Shown in pieces: positions 18,324 through 27,863 of a stretch of 39,466 nt of DNA; the first letter of the stretch is position 1; each line of letters begins with the position of its first letter. The position numbers and the translations under genes were made by a program. The notes below the pieces were generated by a model. That model worked only from the letters and a program-made list of their open reading frames with translations, did no database searches and was not told the origin of the DNA. The DNA comes from Candidatus Thorarchaeota archaeon (GTDB lineage: Archaea > Asgardarchaeota > Thorarchaeia > Thorarchaeales > Thorarchaeaceae), in the NCBI GenBank assembly GCA_003345595.1, contig PRDI01000015.1, forward strand, positions 1-39,466, given 5' to 3'.

Positions 18324-19103
18324 CTACAGTCTGTCATCGCCGTTGCCTACTGAGGTTGTATCGGTCTTGATAATGCGGCCCATCAAAAGGCTGTACGCAG
18401 AGATCAGAATGAGCGGAGTGTGAAGGAACGCCATCCAATACGTATACCCCGGAATCAAGAAAACCCCAGTTGCGTTCCAGAAGCCGATTATGAGTCCCGC
18501 CAGACCAGTCATGGTCAGAAGTCTCTTGTCTACCCGTGGGTATGCCAGTGTTAGCAGTCCGAGCATGACTGGGACTGTTGGACAGAACATAATGCCGTAT
18601 GTCGAAGTCAACAACAATAGTGGGCTGAAATCGGGTTCGAGAGTTGCGCTTATTGGGAACCAGAACGCCAAGATCATGAATGGTATTACCCAGTAGCGCC
18701 ATGCTCGAAGTCCCGCGAAGGCGTATTCGTTTTTCGGTCTGTAGGCCTCTGCAAACCAGAAAGCGGCCACGATTGACATGAGCACCAAATTGCTGGTTAT
18801 GATCACAAGCCCGTAGTCCTCTGTGTAAGCTATGTGTTGAGTGACAGCAGCGAATAGCAGAGTGACACCGAAAAAGAAAGAAAGAACCCGACCAATCTGC
18901 TTTCTATAATAGGTTCCCACCAAGAGCAATAATGTCGCAACGTGGAACAAAGGGCTCAGCCATGTATATGCATTGGAGGAAACGCTGAGTACTGCTGCGA
19001 TGACTGCACCTGTCTGCTGCGGGTCATAGGGTACCTCGGTGATTGACGGCAGAAATGATGAGAATACAAGGACTGCATAGAGGCTACCGGTTTTTCTTTC
19101 CAT
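18324..19103 (-). CDS. Multi-pass membrane protein, unknown function
   Basis: About 8 hydrophobic segments; YGIMFCPTVP and HTPL motifs. Start ATG 19103. Confidence 0.75.
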   Translation of the reverse strand: MERKTGSLYAVLVFSSFLPSITEVPYDPQQTGAVIAAVLSVSSNAYTWLSPLFHVATLLLLVGTYYRKQIGRVLSFFFGVTLLFAAVTQHIAYTEDYGLVIITSNLVLMSIVAAFWFAEAYRPKNEYAFAGLRAWRYWVIPFMILAFWFPISATLEPDFSPLLLLTSTYGIMFCPTVPVMLGLLTLAYPRVDKRLLTMTGLAGLIIGFWNATGVFLIPGYTYWMAFLHTPLILISAYSLLMGRIIKTDTTSVGNGDDRL

Positions 19104-19231
19104 GTCGTTCCCTACTTTGACAGTAGCCGTGCTCCGCAGCACAAAAGGTTGTCGAGTGAGATGTCCATGAGGAATGCCTTATAGATGAGTAAGAGGAGCG
19201 ATATGGACTGCCGTGCCCAGTGGATCTAGGA

Positions 19232-20743
19232 TTATGTCAGTGCCCGGAACAGTGGCGTTATAGCACCGGTACCGATCGATGCTACAGACGTCAGTTTCCT
19301 GAGCAGATACGATATGTTGCGTATTATTGCGACAGGCATGGTCTTTCCTTCGAGTACTCTTCCCGAGGCGTCTTCTACGAAGACCTGAAGAGTCTGAACG
19401 CCTATCTCGCGCGGTTCAAGAGTCACCCAAAGAGAGACACTGTTCTTCAGGATTGTTGCGAGGACGTGTGCGACATCTACGTCCGACTCGCTCACGAGTG
19501 GGATAGGTTCTGATGGAATTGTTAAACCGCCTCTGCCCTCTGCCGACACACTGACTTTGAGCTCAGCCGGCTGTAGACCTGATACGACAATTCTCACTGT
19601 GAAGTCTCTAGCATCTTTGGAGTTGTTGAAGAGCAGCAACAAGAAATGGCACTCGCTGTCCTTTACGCACACCTCCTGCGCGGCCGCATCGACATAGACC
19701 GGGTCGCTTGCAAGGAGAGAGATGTTGTCCACTAGCTCGAGCTGCAGTCGGTCAATTAGGTCAAACACGGCCGGCGTGGTTGACTCAATCAGGTGGAAGA
19801 CACGGTAGATGTCTGCAGCCCTAAAGTAGTGTCGCCCACCGATTTTCACTCCTTGGTCAGGATGATAGTGTTCCGTCTTAAGGTCTAGAAACTCACTGAG
19901 TTCTTCGATGACCTTCTGGTGGCTCAACACTCCGCTGTGTTCCATGTAGTGCAGGTAAAGCAGCTTTTCCACTGCAAGGGCAACGGGGTTCTCACCAGTT
20001 TCATCTTTGAGAACTGCTTCGACGAAGCTCGGTTTCAGGCATTGTCGAATGGCATCAGTGAACTCATCCCACTTTAGCCGTACAATCGGATCGAGGTGCC
20101 CTCGGAAGACATCTGCGAAGAAGTTGTCTAGCAGGAGCTCATGAGATGTAGGTCTGTAGAAGTCAGAGAGGCCAGTCACGGAAGTTATGTCCATACGAAC
20201 GCTGCGAACCATCAGTGATGCTCCGAAGCACACTAGCGACAATCCCAAGCCAAGGTAGGCGACCCCGGTCGACAGCTCTTCAGATAGTACATTCAAAACC
20301 ATCAGCACGTAGCCAGTATAAAGGATAAGGACCAGAAGGCCAAGCAGGAATACTCCCCTAATAGTCAAGATAGTCCTGTCCACGCCGCTCTTTATTGCCA
20401 CAAAACCCTGAAGGCTCTCCAACGGGCGACCGTTCTGCCTCTCCAGCTGCAGCCTCTTTGTGAAGGCGGCCTTGGTCTTGCTTGCGAGCAGACCCAGGAT
20501 TAGAGTGTTGATGGCAAATACGGCAAGGACACCAATAAGAACGAACAACAGTGTTGTCGGCTGAACGATCTTCAAAAGTGCGACAGCTGTTAGTGCGACC
20601 AAGACTAGCGGCAGCGTGTACAGTAGGGGTCGACCGACACTCACATTGTAGGAAGTCAGCTTCGCCTGTTGTGCCTCTGTCTTCTCGACACTCTTTTCGT
20701 CTACTTGGGGATGCTCTTTTTCGGTCATACCTGTCGGGGTCAC
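19232..20743 (-). CDS. Hypothetical membrane protein: 4 N-terminal TMs, helical middle, beta-rich C-terminal domain
   Basis: 503-aa ORF with clear TM segments and normal protein composition. Confidence 0.75.
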   Translation of the reverse strand: MTPTGMTEKEHPQVDEKSVEKTEAQQAKLTSYNVSVGRPLLYTLPLVLVALTAVALLKIVQPTTLLFVLIGVLAVFAINTLILGLLASKTKAAFTKRLQLERQNGRPLESLQGFVAIKSGVDRTILTIRGVFLLGLLVLILYTGYVLMVLNVLSEELSTGVAYLGLGLSLVCFGASLMVRSVRMDITSVTGLSDFYRPTSHELLLDNFFADVFRGHLDPIVRLKWDEFTDAIRQCLKPSFVEAVLKDETGENPVALAVEKLLYLHYMEHSGVLSHQKVIEELSEFLDLKTEHYHPDQGVKIGGRHYFRAADIYRVFHLIESTTPAVFDLIDRLQLELVDNISLLASDPVYVDAAAQEVCVKDSECHFLLLLFNNSKDARDFTVRIVVSGLQPAELKVSVSAEGRGGLTIPSEPIPLVSESDVDVAHVLATILKNSVSLWVTLEPREIGVQTLQVFVEDASGRVLEGKTMPVAIIRNISYLLRKLTSVASIGTGAITPLFRALT

Positions 20744-20937
20744 GTGCGCTCTAATGTATAAGCATTATTGAGGCATATGTCGGTAGTTGCCTTACTCAAG
20801 ACTGCTGGGCAGTCAGATAGAGCGTAAAGGTCGAGGTGCCAGCTCTCAGTGATAAGCCAAAATCCTCACCTTCCGGCGCCACCCGAAGGCCTTTTCAGCC
20901 ACGAAAGCGATGAACAACAACCGAGCGGGTTAAAGCC

Positions 20938-22530
20938 ATGTGTGCTGGATATGAAGTCAAGTACATTCTCGCAATTGACCATGGAACTTCAGGGATGAAA
21001 CCTGCTATCGTTTCCACCAATGGCAAAATCATCGGGTCTGAGTTCGAACCGACTCCTCTGTACCTATCGGCTGGTGGTGGTGCAGAGCAGAACCCATCTG
21101 AATGGTGGGATGCGTTTCTCAAGGCCGCCAAGCGGTTGATTGACAAGAAACTCGTCGATCCCGAGGACATCGTTGGCGTGTGCAACTCGAGTCAATGGTC
21201 TGGGACAGTGGCCGTGGACGAGAATGGTCAGCAGCTCATGAATGCTATCATCTGGATGGACACTCGGGGGGCTCCCTGTGTTGAGCGGACTTTTCACGGA
21301 CGTGTCAAGATTGGGGGCTACCCTGCACTCGACGCCCTTCGGTGGCTCCGAAAGACTGGAGGCATTGCCAGCCATAGCGGAAAGGATCCGATTGCCCACA
21401 TTCTGTACTTGAAACAAGAAAGACCTGAAATCTACAAGGAAGCACGCTGGTTCCTAGAGCCGACAGACTTCATCAATCTCAGACTCACCGGAAAGGTTGC
21501 CGCGTCATACGCCTCAATTATGATTTACTGGCTGACGAACACTCGCAAGATCAACAGAATTCACTATGACGACTCGCTTGTTAGACGAGTGGGCGTTGAC
21601 AAGGGCAAGCTGCCTCCTCTTCTCAAGTCTACAGATGTGCTGGGGCCCGTTTGCAAGGAGGTCGCTGACTGCTTGGGACTGTCTCATGAAACGAAGGTTC
21701 TGGTTGGGGCACCTGACCTTCATTCGGCGATAATTGGCTCAGGTGCTGTCCGAGATTATCAGGGTCATATCTATGTCGGGACAAGCAGCTGGATAACCTG
21801 CCATGTCCCATTCAAGAAGACCGACATCAGCCACAACATTGCTTCATTACCGTCAGCGATACCTGGTCGGTACTTTGTTGCCGATGAACAGGAAACCGCA
21901 GGAGCCTGTCTGAACTTCCTTCGAGACCGAGTCTTCTACTCTGATGATCCCTCCCGTTTCGGTGCGAAGGAAGTTTACAAGGAGTTCGACAGAATCGTTG
22001 AGAAAGCGCCTGCTGGGAGCGGCAGAGTGATTTTCACTCCGTGGCTCTATGGCGAACGAACTCCTATCGAGGATCATACGGTCCGTGGTGCGTTCTACAA
22101 CCTGTCGCTAGATGTGGACCGGAGTCAACTCATCCGTTCTGTCTTTGAGGGCGTCGCATTTAACAGCCGGTGGGTACTGGGCGTTGTTGAGAAGTTCATC
22201 AAGAGACCCATGGACACGCTCAATATGATAGGCGGCGGTGCTCAGTCCGACATCTGGTGTCAAATCTACGCAGATGTACTGAACAGGAACATCCAGCAGG
22301 TGGAAGATCCCATCCAGGCAAACGCGCGTGGTGCCGCCTTCATCGCATCTGTCGGGCTGGGTTATCTCACCTTTGATGCCATTCCGCAGCTAATCGCCAT
22401 CTCGAAGGTCTTCAAGCCGAATCCTGACAATCGTAGGCTGTATGACGAGCTCTTTGGCCAGTTCTTGAACATATACAAGGCCAACAGGCTACTGTACAGG
22501 CGTCTGAACAGCACCGTGTGCGTTCAGTGA
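20938..22530 (+). CDS. FGGY family carbohydrate kinase (xylulokinase-like)
   Basis: LAIDHGTSG, EQNPSEWW, IIWMDTRG, GTSSW, PWLYGERTP, EGVAF and GGGAQS. Confidence 0.92.
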   Translation: MCAGYEVKYILAIDHGTSGMKPAIVSTNGKIIGSEFEPTPLYLSAGGGAEQNPSEWWDAFLKAAKRLIDKKLVDPEDIVGVCNSSQWSGTVAVDENGQQLMNAIIWMDTRGAPCVERTFHGRVKIGGYPALDALRWLRKTGGIASHSGKDPIAHILYLKQERPEIYKEARWFLEPTDFINLRLTGKVAASYASIMIYWLTNTRKINRIHYDDSLVRRVGVDKGKLPPLLKSTDVLGPVCKEVADCLGLSHETKVLVGAPDLHSAIIGSGAVRDYQGHIYVGTSSWITCHVPFKKTDISHNIASLPSAIPGRYFVADEQETAGACLNFLRDRVFYSDDPSRFGAKEVYKEFDRIVEKAPAGSGRVIFTPWLYGERTPIEDHTVRGAFYNLSLDVDRSQLIRSVFEGVAFNSRWVLGVVEKFIKRPMDTLNMIGGGAQSDIWCQIYADVLNRNIQQVEDPIQANARGAAFIASVGLGYLTFDAIPQLIAISKVFKPNPDNRRLYDELFGQFLNIYKANRLLYRRLNSTVCVQ

Positions 22531-22718
22531 GTTTGACAGATTCATCACAGTATAGTGTCGCTTGGCTCAGGCCTCCACTTGACTAGGGCTCTGCCTCAGT
22601 ACCAATCAAAGAGAGCATGGGCTAGCTGGTCGGATCCCAGTGATAGTTTGTCCTTGCATGTTAACCGCAACCAGCCAGCTAGTCTAGCAACGCTCCTTGG
22701 TGCATCGGTGCTCTTTAC

Positions 22719-23207
22719 TCACTTTGTAGAAGGCATCTTCTTCAGCATGTGCTTTGCTGCCACTGGGTCTATTTCGAGCACTTCCACCTTGGTCATCTTG
22801 TCGCCCTGACTGATCTTCTTCACAACATCGAATCCTTGGGTCACTCTTCCGAAGACAGTGTGCTTCCCGTCGAGATGCTTGCAGTTCTTCTCACTGAGTA
22901 CGATGAAGAACTGACTACCGCCAGTATTCAGACCTGCGTGGGCCATCGAGAGTGCTCCCTCGATATGCTTCTGTCTAGGACCCTTGGTTTCGCATGGTAT
23001 CGCATAGCCGGGCCCTCCTCTACCAGTGCCTTGAGGGTCTCCGCCCTGAATCACGAAGTCAGGGACTACTCTGTGAAACTTGACTCCATTGTAGAACCCG
23101 CTCTTGGCTAGTTCGATGAAGTTCTTCACCGTATTGATGGCATCGTCAGACCAGAGTTCCAGCATGATGACGCCCTTGTCAGTTTCCATTCTCACCTTGG
23201 TTGGCAA
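22719..23207 (-). CDS. Cyclophilin-type peptidyl-prolyl isomerase
   Basis: [30 protein letters not shown] and [10 protein letters not shown]. Confidence 0.95.
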   Translation of the reverse strand: MPTKVRMETDKGVIMLELWSDDAINTVKNFIELAKSGFYNGVKFHRVVPDFVIQGGDPQGTGRGGPGYAIPCETKGPRQKHIEGALSMAHAGLNTGGSQFFIVLSEKNCKHLDGKHTVFGRVTQGFDVVKKISQGDKMTKVEVLEIDPVAAKHMLKKMPSTK

Positions 23208-23346
23208 AGTGTCAAAACACCTACACGGTCTTGCGGCTAGACCTCCACTTAGATGTTCTCCTGAGGAATATTACTCCATACCCCGCGTCAACCGGTCTGT
23301 TTCAATTGGACGAAGGAGTCTTTTCCGTATACGTGGCGGCGCTAGG

Positions 23347-24003
23347 TCAGTCATCGACCAAGGTGAGTTCCAAGTATACGGTGAGGTACTGATGATTGTT
23401 CTTCCACATCACGGAAATGGGTGCTCCGTTTGAAAGAGAAACGTTGCCATACCATCCCCAATTGCTATCGATGTTGTTGGACAGGATGTATCCGAAGAAG
23501 AAATGATCGGGGTATAGTCTCGACACCATCAACTGCAGGCTGCTGCTGAAGTATGGGATCTCATCTTGGTAGAGGGAATCAATGTATTGCCATCCGCCTA
23601 TGGGAAGAATGCATCCGGAGATTGCAGGGACTAATATTGCTTCTATATCGTTGTGTATCTCGCTTCCATTGTCAAATACGCAGATCACTTTTGAAACGTT
23701 GACAACTTCTGAGAAGAATGATGAGGAGTTAGTGATTCCATCTAGTGGAGGTAGGCTCGTTACGTTAGCTCTTATTGTCGTGCCATTGATGAGGAGCATC
23801 TCTTCGAAGGTCTGATGGGACAATCTACCTGCCAAGGGGTAGTTGCCATGTATTGCGATTTCGTATCGAAATGAGTCACCAATATGAACACCCCATTCAA
23901 AGTCGGGTGTTGCTATTGGCGCTGGTCTCATGGCAACAAGGACTCCGACCCCGACGACGAACGTTACGGCAATCGCGACAGCAAGAAGAGCTGATCGTTT
24001 CAA
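23347..24003 (-). CDS. Secreted or membrane-anchored glycoprotein, unknown function
   Basis: Likely start TTG 24003 after AGGTAGGA. N-terminal TM, FEWGV..GD.F.Y motif, six sequons. Confidence 0.7.
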   Translation of the reverse strand: MKRSALLAVAIAVTFVVGVGVLVAMRPAPIATPDFEWGVHIGDSFRYEIAIHGNYPLAGRLSHQTFEEMLLINGTTIRANVTSLPPLDGITNSSSFFSEVVNVSKVICVFDNGSEIHNDIEAILVPAISGCILPIGGWQYIDSLYQDEIPYFSSSLQLMVSRLYPDHFFFGYILSNNIDSNWGWYGNVSLSNGAPISVMWKNNHQYLTVYLELTLVDD

Positions 24004-24104
24004 GTTCCTACCTACTGGGTCAACTATGCACATTTTCCATTTGTATGTTACGGTTTCTGTATGCCGTGAAAAGTCCTGCCTGAGGCTTCGGCCAAGCGAC
24101 CGGC

Positions 24105-24719
24105 TCACGACTTGGCCAAGAGCGGAGCAATAGTCCTCAGTGCTTTCACGACAGTATCTAGGGGCATCGTAGGAAGCGCCATGTTGTTCTTTTCAATCGC
24201 TTGTGTTGGGAGTGGTGGGACATGCATGAAGGTGGCCCGGGCGTCCAGACGATGCTGGTTTATCATATGTAGCACATTGTAGAGCAGCCAGTTGCATCCA
24301 TACGTCCCTGCATGATAGCTCACCAGCGCCGGAATCCCTTCTTCTTGGAGTCGCTTGACAAGTGGATGGGGGTCTATGCTTGAGAAGTATGCTGCAGGAC
24401 CATCAGGCACGATCAGGTCCGACTCAGGCACGCGCCCCTTGTTGTCGTGCCTTGCTGTGCTCACTGCGTTGACAGCAAGTCGTTCGAATGTTATCGAGCC
24501 CCTGTCCGCTTGGCCGCAGCAGAGTACTACAGAAGGACTGCCCTTGTTCAAGGCCTCCTGAAGGTTAGATAGAATCTCAGAATAGTCGAGAGGTAGCACT
24601 ACCCCAGTCACCAGATAACTGCCGAGCCGCTTACCGTCGAGGGCTTTTGCGAGTTCACCGGATGGATTTACCGAATAATTGTCAAATGGCTCATAGCCTG
24701 TGAGAAGCAGCTGTTTCAT
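24105..24719 (-). CDS. pcp: Pyroglutamyl-peptidase I
   Basis: LLTGYEPF, NPS, FERLAVN, SYHAGTYGCN (catalytic Cys) and FMHVP (catalytic His). Confidence 0.92.
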   Translation of the reverse strand: MKQLLLTGYEPFDNYSVNPSGELAKALDGKRLGSYLVTGVVLPLDYSEILSNLQEALNKGSPSVVLCCGQADRGSITFERLAVNAVSTARHDNKGRVPESDLIVPDGPAAYFSSIDPHPLVKRLQEEGIPALVSYHAGTYGCNWLLYNVLHMINQHRLDARATFMHVPPLPTQAIEKNNMALPTMPLDTVVKALRTIAPLLAKS

Positions 24720-24782
24720 GGTCTGCCGGATATGTTTCAGTGCTGGTGCGTCTAAAGTCTTGCGCTCTCTGAAGAGGCACGC

Positions 24783-25442
24783 CTATAATAGAGCCATCAT
24801 TACGAACCACAAGCCAAGAGCGACTTGGATTAGGCCAATGGCGACGTTAACCCAGTTTATCCCGCCGACCGTGATTCTCTTTGATGCCTTGTCGGATCCG
24901 ACTGCTAGAAACGCTCCAAACAAGAAGTCCGTAGATACATGCGTTAGATAGATGAGAACCCCTGCGATGAAGATGGTGCCAACTCCCACCTGAAGCTGAC
25001 CCACGAGCAGGGTCACGTTCAGCAGTCCGATTGTGAACCACCATATCAAGAAGTAGGGCGAGAGAAGGCTTACGGCAGCTCCCTGAAGAGTCGCCTGAAC
25101 AACAGTTGATGGTGTAGGCTGTGCCGAACGGCCTCCACTAGTCTGCCCACTATTGATTCTCCAGTCTTTCAGCGCGAGCAAGCCAAAGCCTGCTATCACG
25201 AGTCCACCGACTCCGAGAATGATGTCGATTGTAGCCGGATTGGGCTCTAGTACCTCAACACCGACAATGATTGCGGCGACAATACCGACTTCAACTATCG
25301 CGTGCCCGACCATAGGAAGTACGCCGTGAAGGCGACCGTGCTTGCTGGCCTGCATGACACAGGCCGCAGAGAGAGGCCCCGGAGCAAGAGCACCCGTGAG
25401 CGAGAGCACGAACCATCCTGCCAGGATCTCTAGGACTGCCAT
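24783..25442 (-). CDS. LysE family translocator
   Basis: SLTGALAPGPL, GHAIVE and SLLSPYFLIWW. Confidence 0.85.
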   Translation of the reverse strand: MAVLEILAGWFVLSLTGALAPGPLSAACVMQASKHGRLHGVLPMVGHAIVEVGIVAAIIVGVEVLEPNPATIDIILGVGGLVIAGFGLLALKDWRINSGQTSGGRSAQPTPSTVVQATLQGAAVSLLSPYFLIWWFTIGLLNVTLLVGQLQVGVGTIFIAGVLIYLTHVSTDFLFGAFLAVGSDKASKRITVGGINWVNVAIGLIQVALGLWFVMMALL

Positions 25443-25558
25443 TTACCGAGCCTCGACTGGGCGATTGCATCACACATGGGTCAAGAAAACCTTGATGATT
25501 GAGCCAACTCAGTTTCACCATTCGAAGTCCGCATTAACCAGAACCTCGCAGGGCACTC

Positions 25559-26380
25559 TTACTCGCTTGGCTTCGGCGTCACGAGACCCACGAGCTTCGA
25601 AGTCCAGTTCCTGTCATGTTCCCAGCTCTTGAGAGCTGCCATCCTCTCTTGGTAGACTTCATCGATTCTCTTGACTTGTTCATCCGCCAACATCGTCACG
25701 CCGTCCCTAAGTATCACCGCCATGTGGGTAATCTTGCGCCCAACGCCTGGCGCTTTCTCAGCTGCCTTCTTTGCTGTGTATACAGACAAGAGCGCTTCCG
25801 GCAAGGAACACGACGCATCGTAGTCTTGAATGATGAGCGTCGTGTCAGCATGAGTGTAGCCACTCCCTATTGCGTGATACGACAGATCATCCCACGTAGT
25901 GGCTACACCCGGATCTTCGACGACTGTGATGTGAGCACCGTCGCTGTCGACGGATGCTATGATAAGATCCAATTCAAGGTCGAACTCCTCTATCTCCTTG
26001 TAAGCGGCTTTTGCTAGGACCTCAAGCATAGATTTCTGTGCATCATAGAACTTGGCCATACTCTCGATACCTTTCGGCAGGAGTATCTGGTCTTCAATCG
26101 CTCTCTCTCTGAGTGCACGATAGGTCTGCCTGGTCTTTTCGATGATCTTGTCCCTCGAAGGAGCCTTTAGCTCAGATATCGCCTGACGGACCATGCGAAT
26201 CAGGTCGGTTTCTAGATTCGCATTCCCGGCTGCAGCGACGACGCAATTCTTGGTCAACTGCTTGAGTTTGGATGCAGCAAACTCATATTCGATCATCAAG
26301 TCTTCTCCAGTAATCATGGCGTCCGCAGCCAATACCATGGCCTTGCCGGACTCACAAATAGCAGCGATACAGACCGTCAT
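25559..26380 (-). CDS. Proteasome-beta-like N-terminal-Thr (Ntn) hydrolase, stand-alone
   Basis: M-T-V-C-I-A-A start, VLAAD, SKL, AAG, AIGSG...A and PGVG. Confidence 0.75.
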   Translation of the reverse strand: MTVCIAAICESGKAMVLAADAMITGEDLMIEYEFAASKLKQLTKNCVVAAAGNANLETDLIRMVRQAISELKAPSRDKIIEKTRQTYRALRERAIEDQILLPKGIESMAKFYDAQKSMLEVLAKAAYKEIEEFDLELDLIIASVDSDGAHITVVEDPGVATTWDDLSYHAIGSGYTHADTTLIIQDYDASCSLPEALLSVYTAKKAAEKAPGVGRKITHMAVILRDGVTMLADEQVKRIDEVYQERMAALKSWEHDRNWTSKLVGLVTPKPSE

Positions 26381-26599
26381 TCGTGTTTCATCCCGTTATG
26401 TCCACTGACAACAAGCTTCCACTCTGGCGATGTGAGGTCATGTATCCCGTGTTCGACGTTCTCTAAAAAACATAGAGGATGCGCACAAGGCTCGATTCAA
26501 CGTAGTTTCCATGAGTGGCAGTGTAATACTAGGATTCTCATGGGTTAACTGTCTAAGCTTGGTTAGCACACGGAAGATGTCTGGAGCGACCATGACAAG

Positions 26600-27073
26600 A
26601 TGTCCGAACAGAAGGGGACCAAGAACAAGCTGTTCAAGGGTCTGACAGACTACGACATACTCGTCTGGGAAGAGGAGAAGATGAGGCACCAGCGAAAGGC
26701 GGGGCGGAAGATAACAGATGTAGAGTTTCTCCGGTACCTGCTCATGGCTTCATCGCGTCCTGTCATATCTGCTAAAGACGGTGTCGCCGGTGGATTCCTC
26801 ACCGGCCAAGGTCCGATCTATGAGAAAGCGGACACGCTACTTGAGAGATACCGTACTCAATCTCAGCCAAAACCCACCGAGTCTGATCGTGTCCCGGGAG
26901 GGCCGGGAAGAGGTGTGGACCGGGACAAGCCTCGGATGGCAGACGAGTTTGTGAATCGGACCTCCATATCCAGATCGGTGATTGCTCCGGACGTCAGCCA
27001 ACGGAACTGTGAAGGGAATGCTGAACAGCCCACACTTGTGAGGGTCAGGTCACAAGCCTTAACTAGGGACTAA
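26600..27073 (+). CDS. Hypothetical protein with an N-terminal ribbon-helix-helix-like domain
   Basis: Strand-helix-GRKIT-helix pattern (DVEFLRYLL); the C-terminal half is low complexity. Confidence 0.5.
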   Translation: MSEQKGTKNKLFKGLTDYDILVWEEEKMRHQRKAGRKITDVEFLRYLLMASSRPVISAKDGVAGGFLTGQGPIYEKADTLLERYRTQSQPKPTESDRVPGGPGRGVDRDKPRMADEFVNRTSISRSVIAPDVSQRNCEGNAEQPTLVRVRSQALTRD

Positions 27074-27135
27074 CATGTATACTAGCGATGGGCGTTCTCT
27101 CACGAGCGAGACTTCGAGAGGCGATATTACCAAGT

Positions 27136-27840
27136 ATGAGTCCTGAAGAAACGGTGGAAATTGACAGAGTCTTCAAAGCGCTGGGTCATGTCACAAGAAG
27201 GAAGATTCTCCAGCTGCTCGCACACACACCCAGGTATCCATATGAATTGAGCAAGTTACTGGATCTCAACCGGAGAGTCGTACTCAAGCATCTTGAGGCA
27301 CTAGAGGACGCGGGCCTAGTGGGTCATGAACCAGGATCGAGCGAGATGGGCCCAGACAGAGTCTACTATAGAGTCAACATGGCTTTTGGTCTCTCAACCG
27401 CAGTGATGCCCAATTCGTTCTTCGTGAGGGTGACAAGGAGCGGGGATGCCGAGACCGCCGCTGCTTCTCAAGGTGTGATTACACCCGAGACCGATGCCGA
27501 CGTCAAGGCTGTGAAGGCATTGTTGAATGAACTGGGACGAATGAACGAACAACTGGAGAAGCTCGATGAGGAGCGCTTGCGTTTCGTTTCGCTCCGCGGT
27601 CAGATCATAAGCCGCATAGAAGACATCATGAGCGATAGGAACTGGGACCAGCGAGTCTGCCAGAGGATCAGGGCGATAGTGGACCCGGTTCGAGCCGACC
27701 TACCCGAGGCGGACGCAGATGAAATCGTCCTTTGGTCAAAAGCCATGGATGAGGTCATGTCTATGTTCGAGAGCATGATGGGTCGAAGAAGCACCCACAC
27801 AGGCAAGCTAGCCTACCAGACTGAAGACCAAAACGTATAG
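27136..27840 (+). CDS. ArsR-type wHTH transcriptional regulator with C-terminal coiled coil (Phr/HSR-like architecture)
   Basis: FKALGH.TRRKILQLL...P.Y..ELS......VLKHL.ALE.AGLV...R.YY, followed by a heptad-rich helix. ORF is open from 27088. Confidence 0.85.
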   Translation: MSPEETVEIDRVFKALGHVTRRKILQLLAHTPRYPYELSKLLDLNRRVVLKHLEALEDAGLVGHEPGSSEMGPDRVYYRVNMAFGLSTAVMPNSFFVRVTRSGDAETAAASQGVITPETDADVKAVKALLNELGRMNEQLEKLDEERLRFVSLRGQIISRIEDIMSDRNWDQRVCQRIRAIVDPVRADLPEADADEIVLWSKAMDEVMSMFESMMGRRSTHTGKLAYQTEDQNV

Positions 27841-27863
27841 ACAGCCTCTGAGTGTTTGCCGCA

